49,729 nt of DNA from Candidatus Bathyarchaeota archaeon (GTDB taxonomy: Archaea; Thermoproteota; Bathyarchaeia; Bathyarchaeales; Bathyarchaeaceae): assembly GCA_020352535.1 (NCBI GenBank), contig CP070679.1, positions 1,301,016-1,350,744 of the forward strand, in the 5' to 3' direction. Positions 25,491-35,788 of this stretch are shown piece by piece. The translations under genes and the position numbers were made by a program. Under the pieces are notes generated by a model that saw only the letters and a list, made by a program, of their open reading frames with translations, made no database searches and was not told where the DNA came from. Each line of letters opens with the position of its first letter. Position 1 is the stretch's first letter.

Positions 25491-26236
25491 TATTCTTCTA
25501 CCGCCTGCTTAACAGCGATATGCCTTGTCTTTAAGGCTTCTCTCTGAATCATGTGTATCTGCTGACATCCATTGATGGCAAGGTTCAGCGCTTTCTCGAA
25601 TTCATCAGCTGATAGCTCTCCGTCCATTTGAAGCAGTGTAATGACATTTAAGCTTGGTAATAGTGCAACAGGCAAGTCTGCGTCGCCCATTTTATCCTCA
25701 ACATCCATCAAGTCAAGAACCAATTGGCCACCCACTTTTCCAGCAGCACAAGCTGCAACCAGGTCTCTCATAGGGATTCCAGCATCTGCTAAGGCGACGG
25801 ACGCAGCGGTAATAGCGGCACATCTAGTTCCTCCATTTGCTTCTAGAACCTCAATGAATACATCGAGGGAAGTTCGCGGAAAACGGTCAGTAAAGACTGA
25901 TGGTTCAATCGCCCATGTGATTACTTTGGATAGTTCCTGTTCCCGTCGAGAAGGAGCCGGTGACTTTCGCTCGTCGACGGAAAAAGGTGCCATGTGATAG
26001 CGGCAACGGAGCAATGCGCGGTCTAGCTGAGTTAGATGTCGCGGGTGAACCTCCCTAGGACCATATACACCCACTAGAATTTTGTTTCTGCCCTGTTCGA
26101 TGTAGGCAGAACCATCAGCATTCTCTATTACACCAGCTTTAATCATTATTGACCTTAGCTCATTTGGCTTTCTGCCATCAACTCGAACTCCTTTTTTATC
26201 AATTAGTTTCTTAGTTGTCTTTCTGGGCACTTTCAT
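25490..26236 (-). CDS. rrp41: Exosome complex exonuclease Rrp41
   Basis: [35 protein letters not shown]. Confidence 0.96.
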   Translation of the reverse strand: MKVPRKTTKKLIDKKGVRVDGRKPNELRSIMIKAGVIENADGSAYIEQGRNKILVGVYGPREVHPRHLTQLDRALLRCRYHMAPFSVDERKSPAPSRREQELSKVITWAIEPSVFTDRFPRTSLDVFIEVLEANGGTRCAAITAASVALADAGIPMRDLVAACAAGKVGGQLVLDLMDVEDKMGDADLPVALLPSLNVITLLQMDGELSADEFEKALNLAINGCQQIHMIQREALKTRHIAVKQAVEE

Positions 26237-26924
26237 TACCTCCTTTTTCCTTTTGAATCATTTTAGTTATTCGATCAGTTAAGCCGCTTGTGTGGGCTTC
26301 TGCATCAACCTTGCGGATGGCTCTAATTGCGAGTTGCTCATCTTCAAGCGTCTTTCCACTGACAAGAACCAACCCATTCTGACCAAGCGTTATGTGACAG
26401 CCTGTTTCCCTTTTCAGCATACTGATCATTGAACCTTGTCTGCCTATAAGTCGAGGGATTTTCGAAGGAGTAACTTCAACAATCTGACCTTTTGATATCT
26501 TCCCGAGACTCGGTTCACTAATGGTAAGGAGAGGGTCGCGTGTTCTGCTATAGGATACAACCTTAGCCACGATGAGATCACCTATATTGAAAATAGAGGA
26601 TAGGTCATCTCTTTGTGGCTTGAATGGGCGGTCAAATACGTCTGAGGCTTTGAGCATTGCAGCGTATGGGGCGTTTATGTCCAAGGTCCATCCATTGAAG
26701 CCTACATCCACTACCTTTCCTATGACAATGTCACCTACATAGGGTATATAGAATGACCGCAAGGCAACAACGTGAATAGTCTTTTCTTCAAAGTCGACAA
26801 GTCCGAGTTGAGCCGAAAAGACCTTTTCGTCCTCCTTATAGGCATTCTCACCAGCTGCGTAACCGCCTTCAGCAAGCAGGTCGCCAGGCATAACGAGTTG
26901 TTTATCCTCGAAAAATGTGGGCAT
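26211..26924 (-). CDS. rrp4: Exosome complex RNA-binding protein Rrp4
   Basis: VMPGDLL, S1 domain, KH motif [22 protein letters not shown]. Confidence 0.95.
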   Translation of the reverse strand: MPTFFEDKQLVMPGDLLAEGGYAAGENAYKEDEKVFSAQLGLVDFEEKTIHVVALRSFYIPYVGDIVIGKVVDVGFNGWTLDINAPYAAMLKASDVFDRPFKPQRDDLSSIFNIGDLIVAKVVSYSRTRDPLLTISEPSLGKISKGQIVEVTPSKIPRLIGRQGSMISMLKRETGCHITLGQNGLVLVSGKTLEDEQLAIRAIRKVDAEAHTSGLTDRITKMIQKEKGGNESAQKDN

Positions 26925-26933
26925 GCGTCTACC

Positions 26934-27623
26934 TCATTTAATCTGTTTTACTTCGAGAGCACCCCGAGTGATTTCTCCAACCTTATCCAAGAATGGGCCA
27001 TAAAGCCCTGCTGGCAATTCCACGATTGCGAACCAAGATCCATCTGCCCGCCACTCCTCCCGCCTTATCTGACCAAAGCCTTTGACTGTTCCGTAGGCTT
27101 TGCTCGCATACTCAGGTGGGATATGAACTGATACTGAGATCTTCTCCATCTTGAGAGGTAGGACTGGTCGGAGAAGCCTTATGATTTCTTTGGCCTGCTC
27201 TTCGGCCTCTTTGAATGGGTCAATTGGATAATGAATCTGTTCCATCGCCTGTTCTATGCGTAAAGGCGGGTGTGGGAGGTTCGTCCTAGGATCGACGCTT
27301 TGACGTGATATAAAGGAGATGATTTGTCTGCGCTTATCCTGGGTCATTTGTCGTCGCTGCTCTGTCGTTAACTGCAATGTGCCTTTCTTCAGGATTACAT
27401 CGGCAATTGCAGAGGAGTCTAATGTCTGGAAAACCCGCTGTAAGATATCTTCAGAGGCACGAAGGCCCTTATTGGCATCTGTGAAAATGGTGTCAGCAAT
27501 CAGCACCTTAGAGATTGAAGTAGTCTTACCGAGTCTATAAGAAAGCGCGTGTTGAGGATCAACCAGAATCTCGAAGTGTTCTCCTTCTCTGGTCATGCGA
27601 GCAACTGTGTGGCGTTCGCTCAT
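26934..27623 (-). CDS. Ribosome maturation factor SBDS/Sdo1
   Basis: HFEILVDP, IFTDANKG, QLTTEQRR, DPRTNLPHPP. Confidence 0.95.
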   Translation of the reverse strand: MSERHTVARMTREGEHFEILVDPQHALSYRLGKTTSISKVLIADTIFTDANKGLRASEDILQRVFQTLDSSAIADVILKKGTLQLTTEQRRQMTQDKRRQIISFISRQSVDPRTNLPHPPLRIEQAMEQIHYPIDPFKEAEEQAKEIIRLLRPVLPLKMEKISVSVHIPPEYASKAYGTVKGFGQIRREEWRADGSWFAIVELPAGLYGPFLDKVGEITRGALEVKQIK

Positions 27624-28357
27624 GGAGCCCCACTGCCCTTGGGACCCCTCCGATAAGCCTCAATTTCTTCGTCAGTCAGCTCTCTAAGTTTCTTCGTTTT
27701 AGAGGGTACCACAAGTATCTTCACTCTAGTTGGCTGTTCTCTTGCTTCAAGGGCTTTAACCAGACAATTTATGGCGAGCTTGACTGCATCATCAAGTTTC
27801 ATGTTTTCATGATACTCAGTCTTCAATATGTTAACCACAGTCTCGCGACCAACACCTACTGCAACAGCCTTGTAGCCTCTATAGGAGCCGCTTGGATGGG
27901 TGGAAAACAATCTGCTTCCATTTCTATCCACGCCACCAAAAAGAATCGATACTCCAAAAGGTCTTACTCCGGCGTGTTGAGTATACAGCTGTTTCATGTC
28001 TCCGACTCTTTTAGTGATTATCTCAATATCAATCGGCTCATCATACATCAATCGATTGCTTTGCGCGTATACCCTTGCTTGGTCGATAAGAATGCGGGCA
28101 TCAGAGCTCAAGCCAACAATTGCTGCTCCAACATGATCGTCCACCTTGTAGAGTTTCCACGAGAAATTTGGGTCTTCCAACTTGGTCTCGATTGTCTCCT
28201 CTGCTCCTAAAACCACACCTTCAGAGCAGATAATCCCTAAAATGGTTGCCCCTCTGTTCACTGTCTCTACCGCATACTCAACCTGAAAAAGGCGTCCATC
28301 TGGGGAAAACACGGTGATGGCACGATCATAGGCTCCTGGTGCTGCAAACATAGACAA
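27620..28357 (-). CDS. psmA: Proteasome alpha subunit
   Basis: YDRAITVFSPDGRLFQVEYA, YTQHAGVRPFGVS; GAGGTGA SD before TTG. Confidence 0.97.
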   Translation of the reverse strand: MSMFAAPGAYDRAITVFSPDGRLFQVEYAVETVNRGATILGIICSEGVVLGAEETIETKLEDPNFSWKLYKVDDHVGAAIVGLSSDARILIDQARVYAQSNRLMYDEPIDIEIITKRVGDMKQLYTQHAGVRPFGVSILFGGVDRNGSRLFSTHPSGSYRGYKAVAVGVGRETVVNILKTEYHENMKLDDAVKLAINCLVKALEAREQPTRVKILVVPSKTKKLRELTDEEIEAYRRGPKGSGAP

Positions 28358-28588
28358 ATCACATCACCTCATGTTCTGAAACGCATTTTGCCTGTTGTGT
28401 TGTAGAGATGGACCTAAAAAGGCTTTTCGTCAAAGGTAAGAATGTCTAGAGGTGAGAGGGTTGGAAACTCGTAGAGGCTAGGATGCACAGGAGTAGAAGC
28501 ACCAAACTTCAGATTTATGAAACAGCAAATAGTTAAAATACTGAAGGTTTTGAGGATAACCATGAGAACGAGTAGAGGTCTAGAAAGC

Positions 28589-29137
28589 ATGCGTTACGAA
28601 GATTCTTGGAAAGTTTTAGCGGATCTGATTGCTGAGCTACGAAGAAAAGGTGAACCAATCCCTGAGAACATTATGAATGACCTGCGTTCAGCCAAGACAA
28701 TGGTACATATTCTCCAAGCCAATCAATCACATCTCGAGAACGTTGAGAGAATCGAAACATACTTGGGAAATGTTGAATTCTATGCCATCTCTACAACGCA
28801 AGAGAGGTTTGGCGCAGCATTTGTTGAGCAATGGATGAAAAAGCTAGGGAAGGCCAAGGAAAAGATAATGGAAGGAAAAGAAATTAAAGGCGTCTCAAGG
28901 TTTGTCCCAGGGATTCCCCGAGGCAAGTGTTGGGTACGAATAAAACCCTCCCAGGATTTTCCCAAAGAAACAATTCAGAAATTTGCTGAGGAAAACAGAC
29001 TTTCGCACAAGACACAAAGTAATGGATTTGTACTCACCTATGGTAAAGAAGAGAATGTAAAAACCTTCATGGATAAACTAAGGATGCAGCAGAAACAGCT
29101 AAGAAAAAGGAAGCAAAAAGGCAGACCAACTAACTAG
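28589..29137 (+). CDS. DUF2096-family protein
   Basis: WKVLADLIAELRRKG...MNDLRSAKTM...RFVPGIPR; start set at ATG 28589. Confidence 0.7.
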   Translation: MRYEDSWKVLADLIAELRRKGEPIPENIMNDLRSAKTMVHILQANQSHLENVERIETYLGNVEFYAISTTQERFGAAFVEQWMKKLGKAKEKIMEGKEIKGVSRFVPGIPRGKCWVRIKPSQDFPKETIQKFAEENRLSHKTQSNGFVLTYGKEENVKTFMDKLRMQQKQLRKRKQKGRPTN

Positions 29138-30376
29138 TTATGGACTAGAGATGGTTGTCTCCGTCAGCTGCTGCATATTCTTCTTGAACACCGTAGCGAG
29201 CCTTTGGATTCCTACGTCAATCTGTCGTTCGGATGCATACGAGAAATTCACCCTCATGGTATTCTGTCCTTCCCCGTTGCAGTGAAAAGCTGAGCCAATG
29301 ACATAAGCGACTTTGTTTTGAATGGCTATAGGGAACAAAGTATTGGCGCTCATATTCTTCGGCAATTCAACCCACAGGAATAGCCCTCCCTTCGGCTTGG
29401 ACCATTTTACACCCTTAGGCATATATCTGTCTAAGGCCTTCAACATAACATCTAGTTTCCTTCCGTATAACTTTCGGATTTTCTCGATTTGCCTAGGCAA
29501 CAAGCCCCGTCTCAAGTATTCGGCAACCAAGAGCTGCGTAAAGGAAGGAGAACAGAGATCCATACCTTGCTTGGCTACGACCATTCGATCCATCCATTCA
29601 GCGGGAGCCATTATCCAAGCTATCCTCAACCCGGGGCATAGCAGCTTGGAGAAAGTCCCAAGTACTATAACTTGGTCTTGATTGTCCAAGCTGTAAATGG
29701 CGGGAACACTCTTCCCCGCATATCGCAGGTCTCTATAAGGGCTGTCTTCAAGAACTGGAACTTCATATTGATACGCTAGTTCCAGAAGCTTCTTCCGTCT
29801 TTGCAGTGACATTGTGACTCCAGAGGGATTCTGGAAGTCAGGTACGACATAGATGAACTTCAGCTTTCTGCCTTCGCTAACTGAATTGGCTAGTGCCTTC
29901 TCCAGCAGATCTACTTTCATTCCTGCATCATCCTGAGGAACCCCAATCATTCTGGCTCTATAGGCGTTGAAGGCCTGCAAGCCACCAACGTAGGTGGGCA
30001 ATCCTACTATGATAGAGTCCCCTGGGTCCAGGAACACCTTGGATACAATGTCAAGACCCTGCTGCGACCCAACTGTGATTAGGATGTTCTCAGGCTTGAT
30101 AGCAGCTTTCTCCCGGCTCATCCACTTGGCTATCTCCGCTCGTAATGGGGTTTCACCTTCTGTAGGTCCGTACTGTAAGGAGGTGGCACCTTTTTCTTGC
30201 AGAAGGTGGCACGCGATGTCCTCCAATTCATTTACAGGAAATGTCTGAGGATCGGGAAGTCCACCCGCAAAAGAAATAATGCCTGGTCGCCTAGCCAGCT
30301 TGAGGAGCTCTCTGATTTCAGAACGTTTCATGTTAAGGGCAGCTTTAGAGTAGAACGCTGTTAAATCCTCAATCAA
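29138..30376 (-). CDS. PLP-dependent class I aminotransferase (LysN/Aro8-like; aromatic amino acid or 2-aminoadipate)
   Basis: SEIRELL, ISFAGGLP, LQYG, FQNPSG, EDSPY, GTFSKLLCPGLRI (PLP lysine). Confidence 0.93.
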   Translation of the reverse strand: MIEDLTAFYSKAALNMKRSEIRELLKLARRPGIISFAGGLPDPQTFPVNELEDIACHLLQEKGATSLQYGPTEGETPLRAEIAKWMSREKAAIKPENILITVGSQQGLDIVSKVFLDPGDSIIVGLPTYVGGLQAFNAYRARMIGVPQDDAGMKVDLLEKALANSVSEGRKLKFIYVVPDFQNPSGVTMSLQRRKKLLELAYQYEVPVLEDSPYRDLRYAGKSVPAIYSLDNQDQVIVLGTFSKLLCPGLRIAWIMAPAEWMDRMVVAKQGMDLCSPSFTQLLVAEYLRRGLLPRQIEKIRKLYGRKLDVMLKALDRYMPKGVKWSKPKGGLFLWVELPKNMSANTLFPIAIQNKVAYVIGSAFHCNGEGQNTMRVNFSYASERQIDVGIQRLATVFKKNMQQLTETTISSP

Positions 30377-30658
30377 ATCGGAATCTTCTCCCCTATTGTC
30401 TGCTGAGCCCTCATCTGTCCATCAACATTAAAGCAATAGAATATAAGATTTCCGAGGGCGTGTAGAATGAATCGTCAGCTGCTCAAGGAAAGGTTTTCAA
30501 GCTTCATACAGCAAGGGAATTAGCTACACGTGCTACAGACCGCTGCTTTGGTGATGAGGATCTGGTCAATGCTTCATGTTAATCGCGAGATTAATGCTGT
30601 AATATAGAGGTCATCGCGGTTTCTGCATCTCCTTTGTATTGAAAGCTCATTGCCGTGT

Positions 30659-30678
30659 TTTGACACATTCATGTCAAA
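30659..30678. promoter_or_regulatory. Inverted repeat (candidate operator) between the aminotransferase and smc
   Basis: TTTGACA-N6-TGTCAAA perfect dyad, extendable to GTGTT...AACAC. Confidence 0.45.
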
Positions 30679-30802
30679 CACTTAAGGTCATTTGATAGTA
30701 GAGTAGAACAAATTTTATTATAGAAGAATTTTATAGAAAGGAGGACAAGGGTTACGTTGATCCCCGCTGACCTGAGATCTTTGGAGGCGGGCTAGAAGAG
30801 AA

Positions 30803-33800
30803 ATGCCATACATCAAGAAAATTGAGCTGAAAGGCTTCAAATCTTTTGGCCCCAGAACCGCTAGCCTAGTACTAGACAAAGGCTTTACAGCGCTTACTGG
30901 ACCAAATGGAAGTGGAAAGACTAACATCGTGGATGCGGTTCTATTCGGACTCGGGGAGCTGAGTGCTAGAAGACTGCGTGCTGAGAGTTTCGCGAAACTC
31001 ATTTTTCATGGCTCCCCCAAAGCTGGCGTAGAAAAGGCGAAAGCTGCGAAGGTTGTCATCCAATTTGATAATCAAGACCACCGAATACCTGTCGACACGA
31101 GCACAGTTACGATTTCTCGTGAAGTCCATAGGAATGGTCAAAGCATCTACAGATTGAATGGAAGGAGAATCTCGAGATCTCGAATAGTGGAAATGCTGTC
31201 AATGGCGGGAATTAGCCCGACTGGTCATAATATCATTGTCCAAGGAACAATCACGCGAATAGCTGAAGTGTCCCCGCATGACCGAAGAAAGATGATAGAG
31301 GATTTAGTGGGCATTGCTCAGTATGATTCTGAGAAGGCTGAAGCAGAAGAGAAGCTTCGAACTGCTGAAATCTCCATTCGGACGGCTATGGGGCGCATAG
31401 ATGAAGTTCAGAAAAGAGTTGACGATTTAGAAAGAGAACGTAATGAATTACGGCGATGCAATTTTATCCAGCATGAAATCAAACGATTTGAAGCGATGAA
31501 GCTCTCCTATGGAATTTCACAGACTAACATACAAATTGAAGATATATCATCTAGTATTGAAGAGGCCGGTTCCAGAGTTGAGAAGCTTAGGGATTTGAGA
31601 GACCAGCTTAGAACTCGACGTTATGAAATCGCGACTGAGTGGAGAACCCTTAGTTCAGAGGGTGTGGATAAAGGTGGGACACGAGTTCTTGAAGCTCAGA
31701 TTGAGATAGGTGAAATCAAGTCGAAGCTCTCTGAACTAACAGCCAAAATCAACGCTGGAACGGTGAGTCTTGAAGGGTTCAAGAAGATAGAGGAAAATAG
31801 CCTTGAGCGTTTAGAACCCGTCAGAAAGGAAATTTCTGAGGGCCGAAAGAGAATTAAACAGTTAAAACGGTTGCATGACCGGCTATTAAAAGAGCTCACA
31901 TCGAAACAGCTTCAACATAAAGCTATCTCAGATGAAGCAGCAAAGCTTAGGGCAAACCTTGGCGATAATAGCAGGAGAATCAGAAAAGCTGAACAACAAC
32001 TGGATAAGCTCTATCGAAATATGGTAGCCCTCCGAAGCAGTAGTGCCAAGAATCAAGCCGTGGCCAAAGCCCTTGCCAGACGACTAGGCGATCTCCATAC
32101 CCGTAAAGAGAAGTTTGCATCCAGCCTTGAGGAGCTTAAAACATCTTTCGGAGACCTCAAGGATGTAAGAAGCAAACAAGAGAAGCAACTCAAGACTTTA
32201 CAGCGAACTCTAGATCGGAAAAGAATGCAGAAAGAGTCTATGGAAAAGGAAATCATCGAGGCTGGCAAGATTGCAGAGACTGCTAGAGAAGCAGTAGTCG
32301 AGTTTGCGACGCAGCGCAAATTAGCCGAGCGTATTGCAAGAGAGGAGAAAGCACTAAGGAGCATTGAGGAGCTAGGAGAGCTAGGTGTTATACCCGGTAT
32401 ACATGGACGACTTAGAAACCTGATTAAGATAGATCGCGGGTATGAACATGCGATAGAAGCAGCTGCAGCTGGTTGGTTAGACTCTATAGTTGTCGAAAAT
32501 CTTAATGTCGCATTCACGTGCACTGAGACCCTTACACGCCTGAAGTTGGGCAGAATTAAGATAATCCCAATTCAAGAGTCTTCAGACATTAAACCCGTAA
32601 AAGCGCAGAACAGCCGAGATATCGATGGAGCAGCGTTCAGGTTTGTTAAGAGCACAAGACAATATGAACCTGCGATTCTCTTTGTGTTTGGTGATACGCT
32701 AATTACGAGGGATGACAAGGTCGCTCTCTCAATTTCCCGCAGCGGGAACCGAACCGCTACTCTCAGTGGAAACGTGTATGAAACCGGCGGAGGGATTGAA
32801 AGCGGCTACTATAGGGCTCCAATCGATTTCTCCGCAATCATCCCGAGCGAGTCAGCTATCGAGAACCTGAATCAAGCAGTAAGTGCCCTTAAAGACCACC
32901 TCACACGTAGAGAAAGCGATGTAACCGACTTTGAGGACGAAATCGACAGGAACCAACTGGAGTCAACTCGACTAACCGGAGCCATACACACGCTTGAGAA
33001 CGAAATTCATAGAATACAGAAGAGCATCAAATCTACTAAGCGTAACGTGAGACGCATCGATAAATATATCCAAAACGTACAGAAGCGCCTGGAGAGAGAG
33101 AAAGCTCAGAGAGACCTTCAGAGAGCAGAACGCAGCATTACCCAGAAGGAGATACAGAAACTACGTAATGAATTGGCTGATTTGCGGCGGAAGGTAGATT
33201 TATCCAAGATACAGGAGATGGAAATCCAGAAGGAAGGGCTAGAAGAGGAGATCATCAAGTGGCGGCAAAATCTTGGCACTACCGAAACGGAGCTATCAAC
33301 GCTCCAGTCCAAGCTAGATAAGGTTCTCAAGATTAGTGCCGACAACATAAGAGTCCACCTTCGAAAGGCAAAACATCAATTCTCTGTTGTGAACAAGGAG
33401 ATTGTAGGGGTATTAGAGCAGAAGGAGACACTCGAGAAGCGGCTGACTGAACTAGAGAAATCAAAAGATGATTTATCTCGATCAGTTCTGACTGCCAGAG
33501 AGGAGTCAAATAAATTCGCATCTCAGATTGATTCCATTGACAAGAAACTGCGTCAACACGAAGAAGAGCATGACCGCGCTGACCAACTTTTCAACAAGCT
33601 TCAGCTGAAACTTAAGACGCTGCAACTACAGCTAGAACAATATACAAATCGACTAGGGGAATCAGGCTACGAGAAACCTCTGAATGTGCCACCAGAGCAG
33701 CTTGAGCTGGCTGAATCGACAGTAAAACTAATGCGATTTGAGCTGGAAAGACTTGGAGCTGTGAACCAGCTGGCTTTATCTCACTATGCCGACCAAGCAT

Positions 33801-34351
33801 CTCGTTACAAGGAACTTTCTGTTCGCATGAACGAGTTAGAACGGGAAAAACAGGCCATACTTGAGTTTATGGATGAGATTGAACAAAAGAAACGCAAGGT
33901 CTTCCTGAAGGCTTTCAACCAGGTAAACGAGAATATTGGTCGGTTCTTCTCTAAACTTACAGGAGGTGGTGAGGCAGCGCTTAGACTTGAAAAGGCAGAA
34001 GAACCGCTGGCTGGTGGAATAGATATGGTTGTGCAGTTTCCGGCGAAACCACCCATTCTTGTGAGTGGAGCCAGTAGCGGAGAGAGATCGGTCGCAGCAG
34101 TTGCCTTCATATTCGCTATACAAGATTTTCTACCTGCCACCTTTTACTTATTCGATGAAGTTGATGCCCATCTGGATGCACTTCACGTGGAGAAGCTGGG
34201 GGCACTTCTATCTGAGGAGACAAGTAATTCACAATCTCTGATTGTCACTCTAAAACCTGAAATGGTCAGCAAGGCGCGAAGGATTTATGGTGTGTACGAA
34301 CGCAAAGGAGTTTCGCACGTGGTTTCCACCACGTTCAAGGGGGCGGCCTAG
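30803..34351 (+). CDS. smc: Chromosome segregation protein SMC (canonical condensin-type)
   Basis: GFKSF, GPNGSGKT, central hinge (GIHGRLRNLI...LDSIVV...VFGDTL), Walker B YLFDEVDAHLD; 1182 aa; signature variant ASSGERS. Confidence 0.96.
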   Translation: MPYIKKIELKGFKSFGPRTASLVLDKGFTALTGPNGSGKTNIVDAVLFGLGELSARRLRAESFAKLIFHGSPKAGVEKAKAAKVVIQFDNQDHRIPVDTSTVTISREVHRNGQSIYRLNGRRISRSRIVEMLSMAGISPTGHNIIVQGTITRIAEVSPHDRRKMIEDLVGIAQYDSEKAEAEEKLRTAEISIRTAMGRIDEVQKRVDDLERERNELRRCNFIQHEIKRFEAMKLSYGISQTNIQIEDISSSIEEAGSRVEKLRDLRDQLRTRRYEIATEWRTLSSEGVDKGGTRVLEAQIEIGEIKSKLSELTAKINAGTVSLEGFKKIEENSLERLEPVRKEISEGRKRIKQLKRLHDRLLKELTSKQLQHKAISDEAAKLRANLGDNSRRIRKAEQQLDKLYRNMVALRSSSAKNQAVAKALARRLGDLHTRKEKFASSLEELKTSFGDLKDVRSKQEKQLKTLQRTLDRKRMQKESMEKEIIEAGKIAETAREAVVEFATQRKLAERIAREEKALRSIEELGELGVIPGIHGRLRNLIKIDRGYEHAIEAAAAGWLDSIVVENLNVAFTCTETLTRLKLGRIKIIPIQESSDIKPVKAQNSRDIDGAAFRFVKSTRQYEPAILFVFGDTLITRDDKVALSISRSGNRTATLSGNVYETGGGIESGYYRAPIDFSAIIPSESAIENLNQAVSALKDHLTRRESDVTDFEDEIDRNQLESTRLTGAIHTLENEIHRIQKSIKSTKRNVRRIDKYIQNVQKRLEREKAQRDLQRAERSITQKEIQKLRNELADLRRKVDLSKIQEMEIQKEGLEEEIIKWRQNLGTTETELSTLQSKLDKVLKISADNIRVHLRKAKHQFSVVNKEIVGVLEQKETLEKRLTELEKSKDDLSRSVLTAREESNKFASQIDSIDKKLRQHEEEHDRADQLFNKLQLKLKTLQLQLEQYTNRLGESGYEKPLNVPPEQLELAESTVKLMRFELERLGAVNQLALSHYADQASRYKELSVRMNELEREKQAILEFMDEIEQKKRKVFLKAFNQVNENIGRFFSKLTGGGEAALRLEKAEEPLAGGIDMVVQFPAKPPILVSGASSGERSVAAVAFIFAIQDFLPATFYLFDEVDAHLDALHVEKLGALLSEETSNSQSLIVTLKPEMVSKARRIYGVYERKGVSHVVSTTFKGAA

Positions 34352-35049
34352 TGTCAGCGTCCACTGAGAAGCCTTTCTACTTTCAGCCCCCACTAAACCT
34401 CCTTTTTGAACTCGATAAACTTCACAAGATAATGCCTTGGGATATCAGTATCTCATTTCTTCTCAACTCCTTTCTAGACGAAATGAAAAATCGCGGCGAG
34501 ATTGACTTTAGAGCATCAGGAGTAGCGCTTGACTCTTCAGCTACAATATACCTTATGAAGACCAAACTTCTAATGAAGCTTGAGGAGCCTCCGCCTCCTG
34601 CCAAACCACCGCCAGACTTTCTGCCTCCACCTTTGTTTCTTCCCCTTCGCTACGAGCTGACTTCCACAACAATGCAGCACCTGTTGACAGTACTAGATGA
34701 GGTTCTCAAGGGTGAAAGCCTTTTCAGGTTGAAACCACGTTCAGAGCCCATACTACCGTCTCCTCCTGACCTTCTTCCCCCAGTCGACCTCTATATGATG
34801 GAAATCGAAGAGAGGATGAGAATCCTGCAAAATCTTCTGCGAGAGCTTGCAGGGAGTGGAGAATTGTTATATTTCTCAAGAGTGGTCTCAGGGTTGGAGA
34901 AGCTGGAAGCAGTTAGGACATTCATCACACTCCTCTTCCTGGCGCAAACAGGTGAGGTTAGCCTGTGGCAGGAAGAAGACTCGAGTGAAATCTGTATAAC
35001 TTTACCTGAGGGATCTGCGGTTGGCAGAGATCGAGCTGGAATCGTCTAA
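34351..35049 (+). CDS. scpA: Segregation and condensation protein A (kleisin)
   Basis: PWDISI...DFRASGVAL, Pro-rich linker, C-terminal WH RTFITLLFLAQTGEVSLWQ; overlaps the smc stop. Confidence 0.9.
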   Translation: MSASTEKPFYFQPPLNLLFELDKLHKIMPWDISISFLLNSFLDEMKNRGEIDFRASGVALDSSATIYLMKTKLLMKLEEPPPPAKPPPDFLPPPLFLPLRYELTSTTMQHLLTVLDEVLKGESLFRLKPRSEPILPSPPDLLPPVDLYMMEIEERMRILQNLLRELAGSGELLYFSRVVSGLEKLEAVRTFITLLFLAQTGEVSLWQEEDSSEICITLPEGSAVGRDRAGIV

Positions 35050-35599
35050 ACTCCCTAGCGAAGAGAGATTGAGACGAAGACTAGATTTATTGGAAGCAGC
35101 TCTCTACGTAGCTGGCCGTCCTTTGGATTCAAAGACTCTAGGGTCCATCATTAAGACTCGCTCTAAAAGTAAGGTTCAAAAGTGGGTGAGAATCCTGCAG
35201 CACGAATACAAGAACCGTGAAACAGCCCTTGAAATCTTAGAACTCGAAGATGAACGATTTGTGTTGCAGTTGAAAACTGAGTACTCACCCCAGGTTCAGA
35301 AGTTGGCTATTCGACCGCTTCTTTCTAAGGGTCCATTAAAAACGCTATCTTACATCGCTTACCGACAACCTGTCTTACAATCTCAGGTCATCGATGTTCG
35401 TGGTCATCATGCATATGGTCATCTGGGGCAACTAGCAGACATGGGCTTAATTTCCCGAGAAAGGGTTGGCAGAACCCGATTGCTACGAACTACTGGGTTC
35501 TTTGCTGATTACTTTTGTCTAAGCCACGATCTACGAACCATGAAACGGCAGTTGAAACGAGTATTCGAGGATTTCGGGAAGACAGAACCTGAGCATTAG
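35021..35599 (+). CDS. scpB: Segregation and condensation protein B (KITE)
   Basis: LEAALYVAGRPL, LKTLSYIAYRQP, VIDVRG, TTGFFADYF. Confidence 0.93.
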   Translation: MAEIELESSKLPSEERLRRRLDLLEAALYVAGRPLDSKTLGSIIKTRSKSKVQKWVRILQHEYKNRETALEILELEDERFVLQLKTEYSPQVQKLAIRPLLSKGPLKTLSYIAYRQPVLQSQVIDVRGHHAYGHLGQLADMGLISRERVGRTRLLRTTGFFADYFCLSHDLRTMKRQLKRVFEDFGKTEPEH

Positions 35600-35788
35600 T
35601 CATTTAGACATCAGAGCAGAGTCAGAAGATTCAACCAGCAATTGCGCCCCTATTTATTGAGCATTCAGCGCGTCTAAGCTATTGTGCATGCTGCATATCG
35701 AATAAAGCATATATTAAGCTGGCTACAATGACCCTTTACCTAGACTCGTGAGAAGACTAAGAGGACGAAGGGCTAAGACACATATGAG

